Below, one piece after another: positions 15,606-23,740 of a stretch of DNA of 29,976 nt. The stretch lies in IMG/VR virus record IMGVR_UViG_3300045988_110429, positions 1-29,976 of that record. One strand, written 5' to 3'. The first letter of the stretch is position 1; each line of letters begins with the position of its first letter. The translations under genes and the position numbers were made by a program. The DNA comes from a virus. The notes beneath the pieces were generated by a model. It was not told the origin of the DNA. It ran no database searches and was given only the letters and a program-made list of their open reading frames with translations.

Positions 15606-15957
15606 AAATAATTCACATAGAACTATATTTTGTTTTGCATATCAAGACGACCTAGACCAATCTTATGCGTTTTATTGTGCAAGATATGAGAATATAAAAT
15701 ATGATGAATTTTTAAAGTTAGGTTTATTTGAATTTAAGAAGAAGCTAGCAAGCATTCCTAAAAATGAACCACTTTATGATATAATAAAATCAAGAACTAT
15801 TAATTTAAGTTCTATAAAGAATAAAGACGAACGTAAATATTGGCGTGAATTAAAAAAAGTAAATGAAATACCGCAAATATTTATTAGTACAGATGAGGTT
15901 TTTGCTGAATTAAAAACCAAAACAAAAGAAACAAAATACATAGGAGGAAATCAATAA
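15574..15957 (+). CDS. Hypothetical protein (127 aa) with a GTG start and no internal Met
   Basis: Track ORF. It overlaps the upstream gene by 32 nt in the +1 frame. I translated it by hand and found no ATG in frame. Confidence 0.4.
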   Translation: MSEINNSYQNKNNSHRTIFCFAYQDDLDQSYAFYCARYENIKYDEFLKLGLFEFKKKLASIPKNEPLYDIIKSRTINLSSIKNKDERKYWRELKKVNEIPQIFISTDEVFAELKTKTKETKYIGGNQ

Positions 15958-16370
15958 TGAAAAAAGATTTAATTGAATTTAATAAAAACATAACTAAAAT
16001 AAATAAAGAAATTGCAAAATACCAAGATGAAAAAGGAAATGTAGCATTATTTAATATAGGTCAATTAATGTGTGGATGCGAGTATATGGAATTAGATGAG
16101 CCAATGTACAAGAAAGCGTTATTTGAAAAGATAATTGATAAAGATCTTGAATGCAACGAAATAGAGATTACAAAAGTAGTAGATAAATCAACAATTACTG
16201 GTAATAAAAAAGACCAAGGAATTATAGTTGACAGTAAGGTAAAAGCTAAACAAGTATGGATTGTTAAGAATGGTTTAGGACTAACTAAATCATTTAACAA
16301 CAAGGAGAAAGCTTTAGAATTAGTTAATGAATTAAATAATAAATATTTAGAAATGGCAGAGGTAAAATAA
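15957..16370 (+). CDS. Hypothetical protein (137 aa)
   Basis: AGGAGG RBS. Start overlaps the upstream stop. Confidence 0.5.
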   Translation: MKKDLIEFNKNITKINKEIAKYQDEKGNVALFNIGQLMCGCEYMELDEPMYKKALFEKIIDKDLECNEIEITKVVDKSTITGNKKDQGIIVDSKVKAKQVWIVKNGLGLTKSFNNKEKALELVNELNNKYLEMAEVK

Positions 16371-16564
16371 TGAGAGAAGAAGCAAACGAACTAATGAATG
16401 CCATTTATAAGGAAGAAACTCAAGAAAAAATTGCTAATACGAGAAACGCTTTTACCGATATTGCAACTTATATACTTGAAAATTTGAAAGATAGCAGAGA
16501 AAAAAAGTTAAGCAATGACAAAAATAGAAGAAGCTTGTATGTGGGCAATAAAAGGCATCACTAG
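16370..16564 (+). CDS. Hypothetical protein (64 aa)
   Basis: GAGG RBS. Start overlaps the upstream stop (ATGA). Confidence 0.4.
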   Translation: MREEANELMNAIYKEETQEKIANTRNAFTDIATYILENLKDSREKKLSNDKNRRSLYVGNKRHH

Positions 16565-16587
16565 AGAAAAATAGATATAATTAAGTT

Positions 16588-16887
16588 ATGAATTTAGATA
16601 AAAAAATAAAATTATTAATTATTATTATTAATAGATTAGGAGTAGAAGTTAATTACGAAGTAGTAACTAAATATAGTAAAATATTTGATAGTATTAAAAG
16701 TGAATATTTTCTTAAGTTTTGGAAAAAGAAAAAATACAAAGATAAAAAAACTGGAGAGGACAAAGAAAAATATTATTGTGAAACAAAATCTTTCTATAGA
16801 ATAGACCAAGTGGCTAAATATCTATTAGCAATAAAAGAAAGCAAGGAGGAAGAAATGAATGGAAGAAAAGAAAAAGCAATTAAGTGA
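16588..16887 (+). CDS. Hypothetical protein (99 aa)
   Basis: Track ORF with a weak RBS. Confidence 0.4.
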   Translation: MNLDKKIKLLIIIINRLGVEVNYEVVTKYSKIFDSIKSEYFLKFWKKKKYKDKKTGEDKEKYYCETKSFYRIDQVAKYLLAIKESKEEEMNGRKEKAIK

Positions 16888-17314
16888 AAAAGATATTATA
16901 TTCTGTGAAGAATATATAAAAACTATGAATGCTAGTAAAAGTTATAGTTTAATTCATCCTACTTGCAAATATAGTACTTCTAGAACAGAGGGAGCGAAGC
17001 TACTTGCAAAGCCACACATACAAGAATATCTTCAGGAAAGATTTAGCAATATCAAAAATAAAAAAATAGCAGACGCTAATGAAGTATTAGAATTTTTAAC
17101 AAATACCTTACGAGGAGAAGTTAAAGACCAATTAGGGTTTGAAACTGCGGTAAAAGATAGAATAAAAGCAGGAGAATTATTAGGGAAAAGATATTCATTA
17201 TTTGAAGAAGAAAAAAACAAAAATAATTCATCACAAAGTGCTCCTCCAGTAATTAAACTAGAAGTAGTAGATAATAGTAAATTGGAGAGTGTGTTATATG
17301 AAGATAAGAAGTAA
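16859..17314 (+). CDS. terS: Terminase small subunit (Terminase_2-like)
   Basis: LSEKDIIFCEEYIKTMNASKSYSLIHPTCKYSTSRTEGAKLLAKPHIQEYLQER...ADANEVLEFLTNTLRGE matches the TerS pattern L-t-kQ-FC-eY...Na..A...gys...a...g-LL. AAGGAGG RBS. Confidence 0.7.
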   Translation: MEEKKKQLSEKDIIFCEEYIKTMNASKSYSLIHPTCKYSTSRTEGAKLLAKPHIQEYLQERFSNIKNKKIADANEVLEFLTNTLRGEVKDQLGFETAVKDRIKAGELLGKRYSLFEEEKNKNNSSQSAPPVIKLEVVDNSKLESVLYEDKK

Positions 17315-17654
17315 CAAGTATCACAACACCAAAGTTATCTATAATGGAATAAAGTTCGATAGTAAAAAAGAAAGAGATAGATATATTAATTTAAAACAAC
17401 TTCATAGTTTGGGGCAAATAGAAAGCCTAGAACTACAACCAAAATTCTTATTACTAGATACAATTCATTATAAAGGCAAAACATACCCTAAAACCTATTA
17501 TAAAGCCGATTTTAAGTACTTTGATAATGAAAAAGGTAAATATATCATAGAAGATGTTAAAAGTCCTATAACGGCAAAAGACAAAGTATATAGGCTTAAA
17601 ATAAAAATGTTATTAACAAAGTATCCTGATATAGAATTCGTTGAAGTAATATGA
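17298..17654 (+). CDS. DUF1064-like protein, a PD-(D/E)XK nuclease-fold family
   Basis: KYHNTKVIYNGIKFDSKKERDRY...LELQPKF and YKADFKY...IIEDVK match the DUF1064 pattern. Track start 17289 is a GTG. ATG at 17298 follows TTGGAGAG. Confidence 0.5.
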   Translation: MKIRSNKYHNTKVIYNGIKFDSKKERDRYINLKQLHSLGQIESLELQPKFLLLDTIHYKGKTYPKTYYKADFKYFDNEKGKYIIEDVKSPITAKDKVYRLKIKMLLTKYPDIEFVEVI

Positions 17655-18046
17655 TATAATTAATGTAGTGGAAAAAAGTAGCTATCTTCATAGGTAGCTT
17701 AGAATAGATATAAGAGCGAGCGTTAGGGCGGCTACGAAAACGTAAATCGGAGAGTAATTACCTCCAGAACGGTAGTCTATATCTATTCTATGGTGTCTAT
17801 AAGGCACGAAGAAATGCCCTAGAAATAGGGGAGTAACTTATACGCTGTATTTGTTATTCGAGATTGTTATATAACATTGCATTACCTTTAACAGGTAGTG
17901 TCTAGTGATATAAGACAGGTCTTTTAGTGTTAAACATAATAGTTTATAGGTATATCTATTTGATAGCACTTTAAACATAAAACCTATTTTTACCGTTATA
18001 TCATTAGACAGTATCTATTAAAGATACAAAGAAAGGAATTAAAATT
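17655..18046. other. Non-coding, locally GC-enriched structured region of 392 nt
   Basis: There is no ORF on either strand. An extended -10 promoter, TGaTATAAT, sits at 17652-17660. A GC-rich segment GAGCGAGCGTTAGGGCGGCTACG is present. TATCTAT occurs three times direct and once inverted, and GTCTATA twice direct. Several hairpins are present, including CCCTAgaaaTAGGG and GTATCTattaaAGATAC. Confidence 0.5.
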
Positions 18047-18490
18047 GTGGCTAGAAAGAAAGAAAAAGAAGAATTAGAAAATAAAAATCAAGAAGAAACA
18101 AATGTAGAAATAACAGAAGAACCAACTGAAGAAGTAGAACAAAGTTCAGACAACCCAGTTGAAATTGAAGCAGATAAAAACATAGAAAAAACTGTAGAAC
18201 CATCTGTATCAGAAGAACCAATAGAGAACACAGTAGAAGATATTGAAACTATGGATGAATTAGAAATTCCTATAAAAAAAGAAAATATAGAATTGATATC
18301 AACAGATAATAAGCCTATCAATAACAAGGTAAAAGATGAACCTATGAGTATTCCTGACAAGTTCGTTAAACAACCACCAAAGAAACCTAATGAAGAAACT
18401 AAAATAAGAATGTGTAAAGGTAGAGTTTATAAACCATTAGGAAATGGATATGGTATGTTTTCAGATGATGGGTCAGTATTTAAAATATAG
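18047..18490 (+). CDS. Highly acidic protein (147 aa) with a GTG start
   Basis: The N-terminal 100 aa or so are dominated by E and D. The C-terminal 40 aa are basic (KQPPKKPNEETKIRMCKGRVYKPLGNGYG). AAAGGAA RBS 9 nt upstream. Confidence 0.5.
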   Translation: MARKKEKEELENKNQEETNVEITEEPTEEVEQSSDNPVEIEADKNIEKTVEPSVSEEPIENTVEDIETMDELEIPIKKENIELISTDNKPINNKVKDEPMSIPDKFVKQPPKKPNEETKIRMCKGRVYKPLGNGYGMFSDDGSVFKI

Positions 18491-18499
18491 GAGGCAATT

Positions 18500-18736
18500 A
18501 TGGAATTTATAAAGATAAATAAAGATAGATATTTAATAAAAGATAGTAACAATATCATAGTATCTGCAAAAGAAAAATTAGAATTAGAAAAAAAAGAATT
18601 AATCATAAAAGATGTACAGAGTAATGAATGTCAAGCAGAAACTACTCAAAAGATAGTAAAAATAGATAGGAAGTTAAAGAATGGAAACAAATCTAAAACT
18701 AACACTATCGAAGAAACAAAACCAGCTACTGAATGA
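18500..18736 (+). CDS. Hypothetical protein (78 aa)
   Basis: AGGAGG RBS. Confidence 0.45.
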   Translation: MEFIKINKDRYLIKDSNNIIVSAKEKLELEKKELIIKDVQSNECQAETTQKIVKIDRKLKNGNKSKTNTIEETKPATE

Positions 18737-20057
18737 TATAATCAGTCCTAACAAGACTGAAATATATGTATTAGGTAGTACACAGAGTGGTAAAACATTT
18801 GATATATGTCTAGCCACTTTAATGTATGCACAAGCGTTATATAATTATAACCCTAACGAAACATATTTTGGGTCAATAACAGGATGGAGTCTTGAAACAT
18901 TAAAAGGTAATATACTAGAGCCTACGAAGAAATTCCTCGAAGATATGGGCTTGAAGAAAGACAAAGATTATATATTAAAATGGCAATCAGATGATAAGTA
19001 TTTAGAAATATATAATATAAGATTTTATTTCTTTGGTTTTAATAATGCGTTGTCATTCAACAAGATACTAGGTAAACCTTTAATATTTGAATGGATAGAT
19101 GAAAGTGCAAGAATTTACTCGCAAGATAATTTACGTGAACCATTCAATGAATTTCCAGGTCGTCAAGTAAGTTATGCTAATCATCCATACCGAAAGACAA
19201 TACATTCATTTAACGTTGAGGGTGGAGATAATCATCCATATAAGCACGATTATATAGATGGCAAACCAAATGCTATACACTACACCTTTTATCCGTATGA
19301 TAATCCTAAAATCAATACAGAAGAAGCAATGCGTAATGTATTAGAAATGTTTCCACCAGGTAATTTAAGGGAACAAAAGATATTCTGTAAATGGGTACTT
19401 GCTAGTGGTAGAGTATTTACTAAAATAAATATAATAAATAATCTTGATGGTTATATGTTCCGTGAAATAGGAGTAGGAATAGACTATGGTTCTGTTCACG
19501 CCACTGCATTCGTGCCAATAGCGTTAGTTTATGATAAAATTAATAAGCAATGGAAAATAATACGTTTGGAATGCTATTATCATAATCCTAATGAGGAAAA
19601 AGATAATCCAACGACAGAATATTTTAGCAAACAATTAAGATTATTCTTATTGTATTTAAAACAAAGATATCCACACGTTCCAATTACTACAATGGTATTA
19701 GATAGTGCAGCTGCTCACTTTCATAATAGATTAGTAGCCGATAATATACAACACGATTTAACAAACAAGAAAAACTTGACAGTTAATGAGGGTGTTCAGT
19801 ATATGCAATCAATGTTTTATAAAGAATACTTATTAATATATAAAAAACGTTCAATAAAACATTTCAATGATGATGGAACGCCAATATATAGTGGTAAAGA
19901 TGAGGGAGTTTTGGAGTTAGAAAGTTATAGATATGACACTGTAAAGAGTGCCAAAACAGGGGTAGATTGTTATGTAAAAGAATTTGATGACCATAACGAC
20001 GCTTTAAGATATATTCTAATAGAGTTTAAAGAGAGTAATAGAGCCCCTACTGTATAG
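18681..20057 (+). CDS. terL: Terminase large subunit (PBSX / Terminase_3-like)
   Basis: Walker A motif VLGSTQSGKT. The nuclease domain contains GVGIDYGSVHATAF. AGGAAG RBS. Confidence 0.8.
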   Translation: METNLKLTLSKKQNQLLNDIISPNKTEIYVLGSTQSGKTFDICLATLMYAQALYNYNPNETYFGSITGWSLETLKGNILEPTKKFLEDMGLKKDKDYILKWQSDDKYLEIYNIRFYFFGFNNALSFNKILGKPLIFEWIDESARIYSQDNLREPFNEFPGRQVSYANHPYRKTIHSFNVEGGDNHPYKHDYIDGKPNAIHYTFYPYDNPKINTEEAMRNVLEMFPPGNLREQKIFCKWVLASGRVFTKINIINNLDGYMFREIGVGIDYGSVHATAFVPIALVYDKINKQWKIIRLECYYHNPNEEKDNPTTEYFSKQLRLFLLYLKQRYPHVPITTMVLDSAAAHFHNRLVADNIQHDLTNKKNLTVNEGVQYMQSMFYKEYLLIYKKRSIKHFNDDGTPIYSGKDEGVLELESYRYDTVKSAKTGVDCYVKEFDDHNDALRYILIEFKESNRAPTV

Positions 20058-20065
20058 GAGGAGTA

Positions 20066-20269
20066 ATGGAAATTAAATGTAGGTCTAGCAAGACATTTTT
20101 ATGTGACATAGATATAGAAAGTTACTATGCCAACTTGAAAAAGATGGGAATTGACATAACAACACCTATTAAAATAAAATTCGCTTGTAGAAAGTGCAAA
20201 ATGGTTGAAGAATATGAGATATATCCCACTCATTACATTCATACCAAAAGTTATAAAAGAAAAAATTGA
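20066..20269 (+). CDS. Small Cys4 zinc-ribbon-like protein (67 aa)
   Basis: C5, C13, C41 and C44 form the ligand set. AGGAGG RBS. Confidence 0.45.
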   Translation: MEIKCRSSKTFLCDIDIESYYANLKKMGIDITTPIKIKFACRKCKMVEEYEIYPTHYIHTKSYKRKN

Positions 20270-20294
20270 CATTATATTAAATTTATGGTATAAT
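20266..20294 (+). promoter_or_regulatory. Sigma-A promoter P6: TTGACA-17-TGgTATAAT, with an extended -10
   Basis: Perfect consensus read from the sequence. The -35 overlaps the stop codon of the upstream ORF. Confidence 0.65.
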
Positions 20295-20337
20295 GTTTAT
20301 GCTAAATAGAAAGTGCAAAAAGTGTGTCAAACATAAG

Positions 20338-20377
20338 AAGCATAGAGTTAGTGATAACTTTATGCTTTTTATTTTTT
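20338..20377 (+). terminator. Attenuator-like hairpin with a U-run in the P6 leader
   Basis: AAGCATA, a 16-nt loop, TATGCTT, then TTTTTATTTTTTAT, about 40 nt downstream of the predicted start site. Confidence 0.4.
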
Positions 20378-20397
20378 ATATAGAAAGAGGCTATGAT

Positions 20398-20709
20398 ATG
20401 AGATTTAAAAAAAACATTATTAAGTTAGTAAATAAAATTAAAGAATTTGTTCAAAAGAAAATACTAAAAAGTGATAAGTGGAAGTTATTCTTATACTTGA
20501 ATGGTCAATGTGTAAGTAAAAGATACATAAGTGCAGATTTTGCACCTATGAATAAGTTCTATGTAATAAAAGTAAAACACGCTAAACATTTAATAGGAAC
20601 TAATAGAAGCACTCAATTAGTAGTAAGAAGTTATAAATATAAAATGACGGATGAAGCTAAAAGAGAAGCTCATATAGAAGTAATTATTTATGAGGGGAGT
20701 GACATTTAG
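20398..20709 (+). CDS. Hypothetical basic protein (103 aa) inserted between terL and portal
   Basis: ATG at 20398 follows an AAAGAGG RBS. The track ORF 20293..20709 reads through the leader. Confidence 0.5.
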   Translation: MRFKKNIIKLVNKIKEFVQKKILKSDKWKLFLYLNGQCVSKRYISADFAPMNKFYVIKVKHAKHLIGTNRSTQLVVRSYKYKMTDEAKREAHIEVIIYEGSDI

Positions 20710-22073
20710 TGAACAACAAAATACGTTTAAAATCGGCGTATAATGTGTTAGAAGCACCATATATTAGAGTTGAAGCTACAGTTACACAACCAGGTATAAC
20801 TAATGGTAAACCTAATATAAGGAGAGAAACAAAATATATAATAGCTCCGAGTGGTAAGAAGATAGCTACATACATTGTTAATCAAGTGTTTGGTAGTGAT
20901 TTAGTTACACAAACCGAGGGGCTTAATATAAACTGGCTTATGCCTACTTTAAAAGAAAGTTTAGAGTTAGCGGTTTATGAACAAGAAAGCTTCATATTAA
21001 TACATAAATTCGACGATAAGATATATCTTGAATGTATCAAGAAATCAGATATACACGATTTAGTTCAGAAATTCGATAAAGTAATAAGTGGAACGATAAT
21101 ACAACAATATGATGGATTAGAAGAAGAATATGAATTACATCGCAATATAAAAATAGACAATGGCGTTACATATATGACCATGGAAGCCTATAAACTAGAT
21201 AGCAAAGGTAAATTGATACCTATTGATATAAATGTATTTAATTTAAGGACAGGCAATGAATACTTGTCAAAGTATGTATTACCTTACGAAATATTAATCA
21301 ATATAGACATAGGTCAAGACTTCTTCAAGGATAGTAAAAAGTTCTTAAATGAAGAAATGCGAATATTCAATGTCTTTGCTGATGAGATAGAAAAAACTAA
21401 AACTAGAATAGTAACTACTCAACATTATCAAAGTGGGGACATAGTAACAAACTGGACACCTGCTAATAATCATTACAAAGTAGATACTTTAACAGTTGGA
21501 GAGTTACAAGACTATTTCACATTATTACCTGGAGATAAAGAGCATCAAATGTTTGAATTCTTACAAGGTAATATAAGAGTAACTGATTATATGAATTCAT
21601 TTAAGTTCTGCGATTATCAATGTATACAAATGGCTGGCTTAAGCCCTGCATCATTTGGATATGAAAAAGATACATACCAAAACGTTGATAGTGTAGACTT
21701 AAGCAAGAATAATTCAGATATGACTGTAGAAGCAATTAAAACTCAAATAGAACCACAGATAAACAAATTGTTAGAGAATATAGTTAAAGCTCAACAAAGC
21801 AATAACATTCAGATTAATTTATTACCTAGTGAACTAAATTGGGACTATGGCTTAAATGAAAAACTAACTGATATGAAGAAACTTCAAGTATTAAACAGAG
21901 TGCAATCTGTCGGAAGTATTCCTTATTCAGTTAAAGCAAAAATCATAACACCAATATTAAAAAAATTAATAGATGATGATTATGATAATGAAGATAAATT
22001 AAGCGTAGAAAAATTAATTGAAGAAAACAAGAAAGAACAAGACGCTATGAAAATTGATTATGGCGAGGTGTAA
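20709..22073 (+). CDS. Portal protein (SPP1 gp6-like)
   Basis: About 450 aa, GTG start with a GAGGGGA RBS. It is followed by the MuF-like gene, the canonical order. Confidence 0.75.
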   Translation: MNNKIRLKSAYNVLEAPYIRVEATVTQPGITNGKPNIRRETKYIIAPSGKKIATYIVNQVFGSDLVTQTEGLNINWLMPTLKESLELAVYEQESFILIHKFDDKIYLECIKKSDIHDLVQKFDKVISGTIIQQYDGLEEEYELHRNIKIDNGVTYMTMEAYKLDSKGKLIPIDINVFNLRTGNEYLSKYVLPYEILINIDIGQDFFKDSKKFLNEEMRIFNVFADEIEKTKTRIVTTQHYQSGDIVTNWTPANNHYKVDTLTVGELQDYFTLLPGDKEHQMFEFLQGNIRVTDYMNSFKFCDYQCIQMAGLSPASFGYEKDTYQNVDSVDLSKNNSDMTVEAIKTQIEPQINKLLENIVKAQQSNNIQINLLPSELNWDYGLNEKLTDMKKLQVLNRVQSVGSIPYSVKAKIITPILKKLIDDDYDNEDKLSVEKLIEENKKEQDAMKIDYGEV

Positions 22074-22076
22074 TGA

Positions 22077-23054
22077 ATGAAAAAAGATGAAATATCAGAG
22101 ATGATTAATAAAGAGGTACAAGACTATACAAATATATCTTATGCGTATCTAGACGCCGTTAAAGTATTAGTCTTTACCTACTTGTTACAAAAAATAACGT
22201 ATGAAGTATTCAGAGAAAGCCTAGAAATATTAAATAAACAATATGGAGTAAAGCTTATCAAACGTCAGAATACAGGTTATAAGAATGTCAAAGATAAAGT
22301 AATCAAGACTAATAAAAAACCAATAACCAAGAAAAAAATCAGTTTTTCAAAAGAAGTTTTACAAAACATGATTTTTAAACTTGATAAAACAAGCCAAACA
22401 AAGGCAAAAGACAAGTATGTAAGGGTAATTAAAGACTTCTATAAAACAACGCTTAAAACGGCTAAAAAAGAGTATATAAACATAAATGACTATTTAAGTG
22501 ATAAAGTAAGCAATTTTAATAAAGTAGAAAAAGTAATTCCTTACTTTAATAAAGATGGAACAATAAGAGCATATCACGATATATCAAGCTATAACTCAAT
22601 GGTATATAACACTAATCTAACAAGTGAAGCTTGGAATTCTACTATGAAATATTGTCAAGATGTAGGAACTGATATAGTTTATGTTGAACCTCATCCGTTT
22701 AGTTGTCCTTTATGCCAAGAATGGCAAGGAAAGTTTTATAGTTTAACTGGAAAAACTCCAGGATATAGAAATATTGAAGTAGCATATGCTGGAGGACTTA
22801 AACATCCTAATTGTAAGCATAACATAACAACTAATGTGGGGCAAAAGGAAACTGATGATTATAGTTCTGATGAATGGAAAGCAAGATATGAAGCAAGGCA
22901 AAAAAAACAAGCGTTAGAACTAAAAAGAAGAAGATTAAAGACCGACCGAGATATTTATAAAAAATTAAATAACTATGAGGAGGTTGATAAAATAAACTCT
23001 AAAATTAGAACTTTAAATAGTGCTATAAAAGAGCAAAAAGAATTAATGAAGTAA
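22077..23054 (+). CDS. Minor head protein of the phage Mu F / SPP1 gp7 family
   Basis: Contains PHPFSCPLCQEWQGKFYSL and HPNCKHN in the conserved C-terminal region. Position matches the family. Confidence 0.7.
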   Translation: MKKDEISEMINKEVQDYTNISYAYLDAVKVLVFTYLLQKITYEVFRESLEILNKQYGVKLIKRQNTGYKNVKDKVIKTNKKPITKKKISFSKEVLQNMIFKLDKTSQTKAKDKYVRVIKDFYKTTLKTAKKEYININDYLSDKVSNFNKVEKVIPYFNKDGTIRAYHDISSYNSMVYNTNLTSEAWNSTMKYCQDVGTDIVYVEPHPFSCPLCQEWQGKFYSLTGKTPGYRNIEVAYAGGLKHPNCKHNITTNVGQKETDDYSSDEWKARYEARQKKQALELKRRRLKTDRDIYKKLNNYEEVDKINSKIRTLNSAIKEQKELMK

Positions 23055-23151
23055 TTATAGACCAATGGCGTTGCAAGTCTTAAAACTACTAAATGCCGTG
23101 TCGACACACTAGCACTTTACTTTTGATGATAAGGTAAAGGAGAAAAAAACT

Positions 23152-23700
23152 ATGAAAATTGATTTAAGTAAATACTTAAAAAACAAAGACGTTCAAATCA
23201 CTAATGAAGATTTTGACTTGGACGCAATGGAAAAAGAAATCTACAAAGGATACACTAAAAATAGTGATATCAAAGCACCTGATTATTCAGGATACGTAAA
23301 GAAAGAAGATTTTGACAAATTGCAAACTGATTATAATACTATGGAAAATAATTATAATACAACAGTCAAAACATTAAGTGATACTAATGACAAAATGGCG
23401 AGAGTATCTTTAGAAAGTAAGCTTGTTAGAAAAGGCTTTAAGGAAGAAAACTTTGATGAGGTTGTTAAATTAAGAAATAGTTTATATGCTGATGAAAAAG
23501 ATGACCAAAAAGCAGTTGATAGCATAGCAGAAAGATTTAAGAATACGTATTTCGCTCAAGAAAAATCTAGCACACCATTTACACCTGCACCAAATGAAAA
23601 TGGAGGAGTAAACGGCGGAAATAATGGAAGTCAAGGTAAAGACATAAAGATTAGTCGTAGTACTTCTATTAAGGATTTAATGGTACCTGTAACTAAATAA
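23152..23700 (+). CDS. Scaffolding protein candidate
   Basis: Acidic and helical, 182 aa, lying between the MuF-like and capsid genes. AAAGGAGAAA RBS. Confidence 0.45.
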   Translation: MKIDLSKYLKNKDVQITNEDFDLDAMEKEIYKGYTKNSDIKAPDYSGYVKKEDFDKLQTDYNTMENNYNTTVKTLSDTNDKMARVSLESKLVRKGFKEENFDEVVKLRNSLYADEKDDQKAVDSIAERFKNTYFAQEKSSTPFTPAPNENGGVNGGNNGSQGKDIKISRSTSIKDLMVPVTK

Positions 23701-23740
23701 TTTTAGTTAAATATAGAGAAAGAAAAGGAGGAATAAGATT

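Noticed and set aside
17690-17830. Possible tRNA or tmRNA in the GC-enriched non-coding segment
   Set aside because: I could find no acceptor stem of 7 bp with about 72-nt spacing and no GTTCRANYC T-loop. The GGAG...CTCC hairpin has a 9-nt loop, not an anticodon arm. I kept the region as unclassified structured non-coding DNA.
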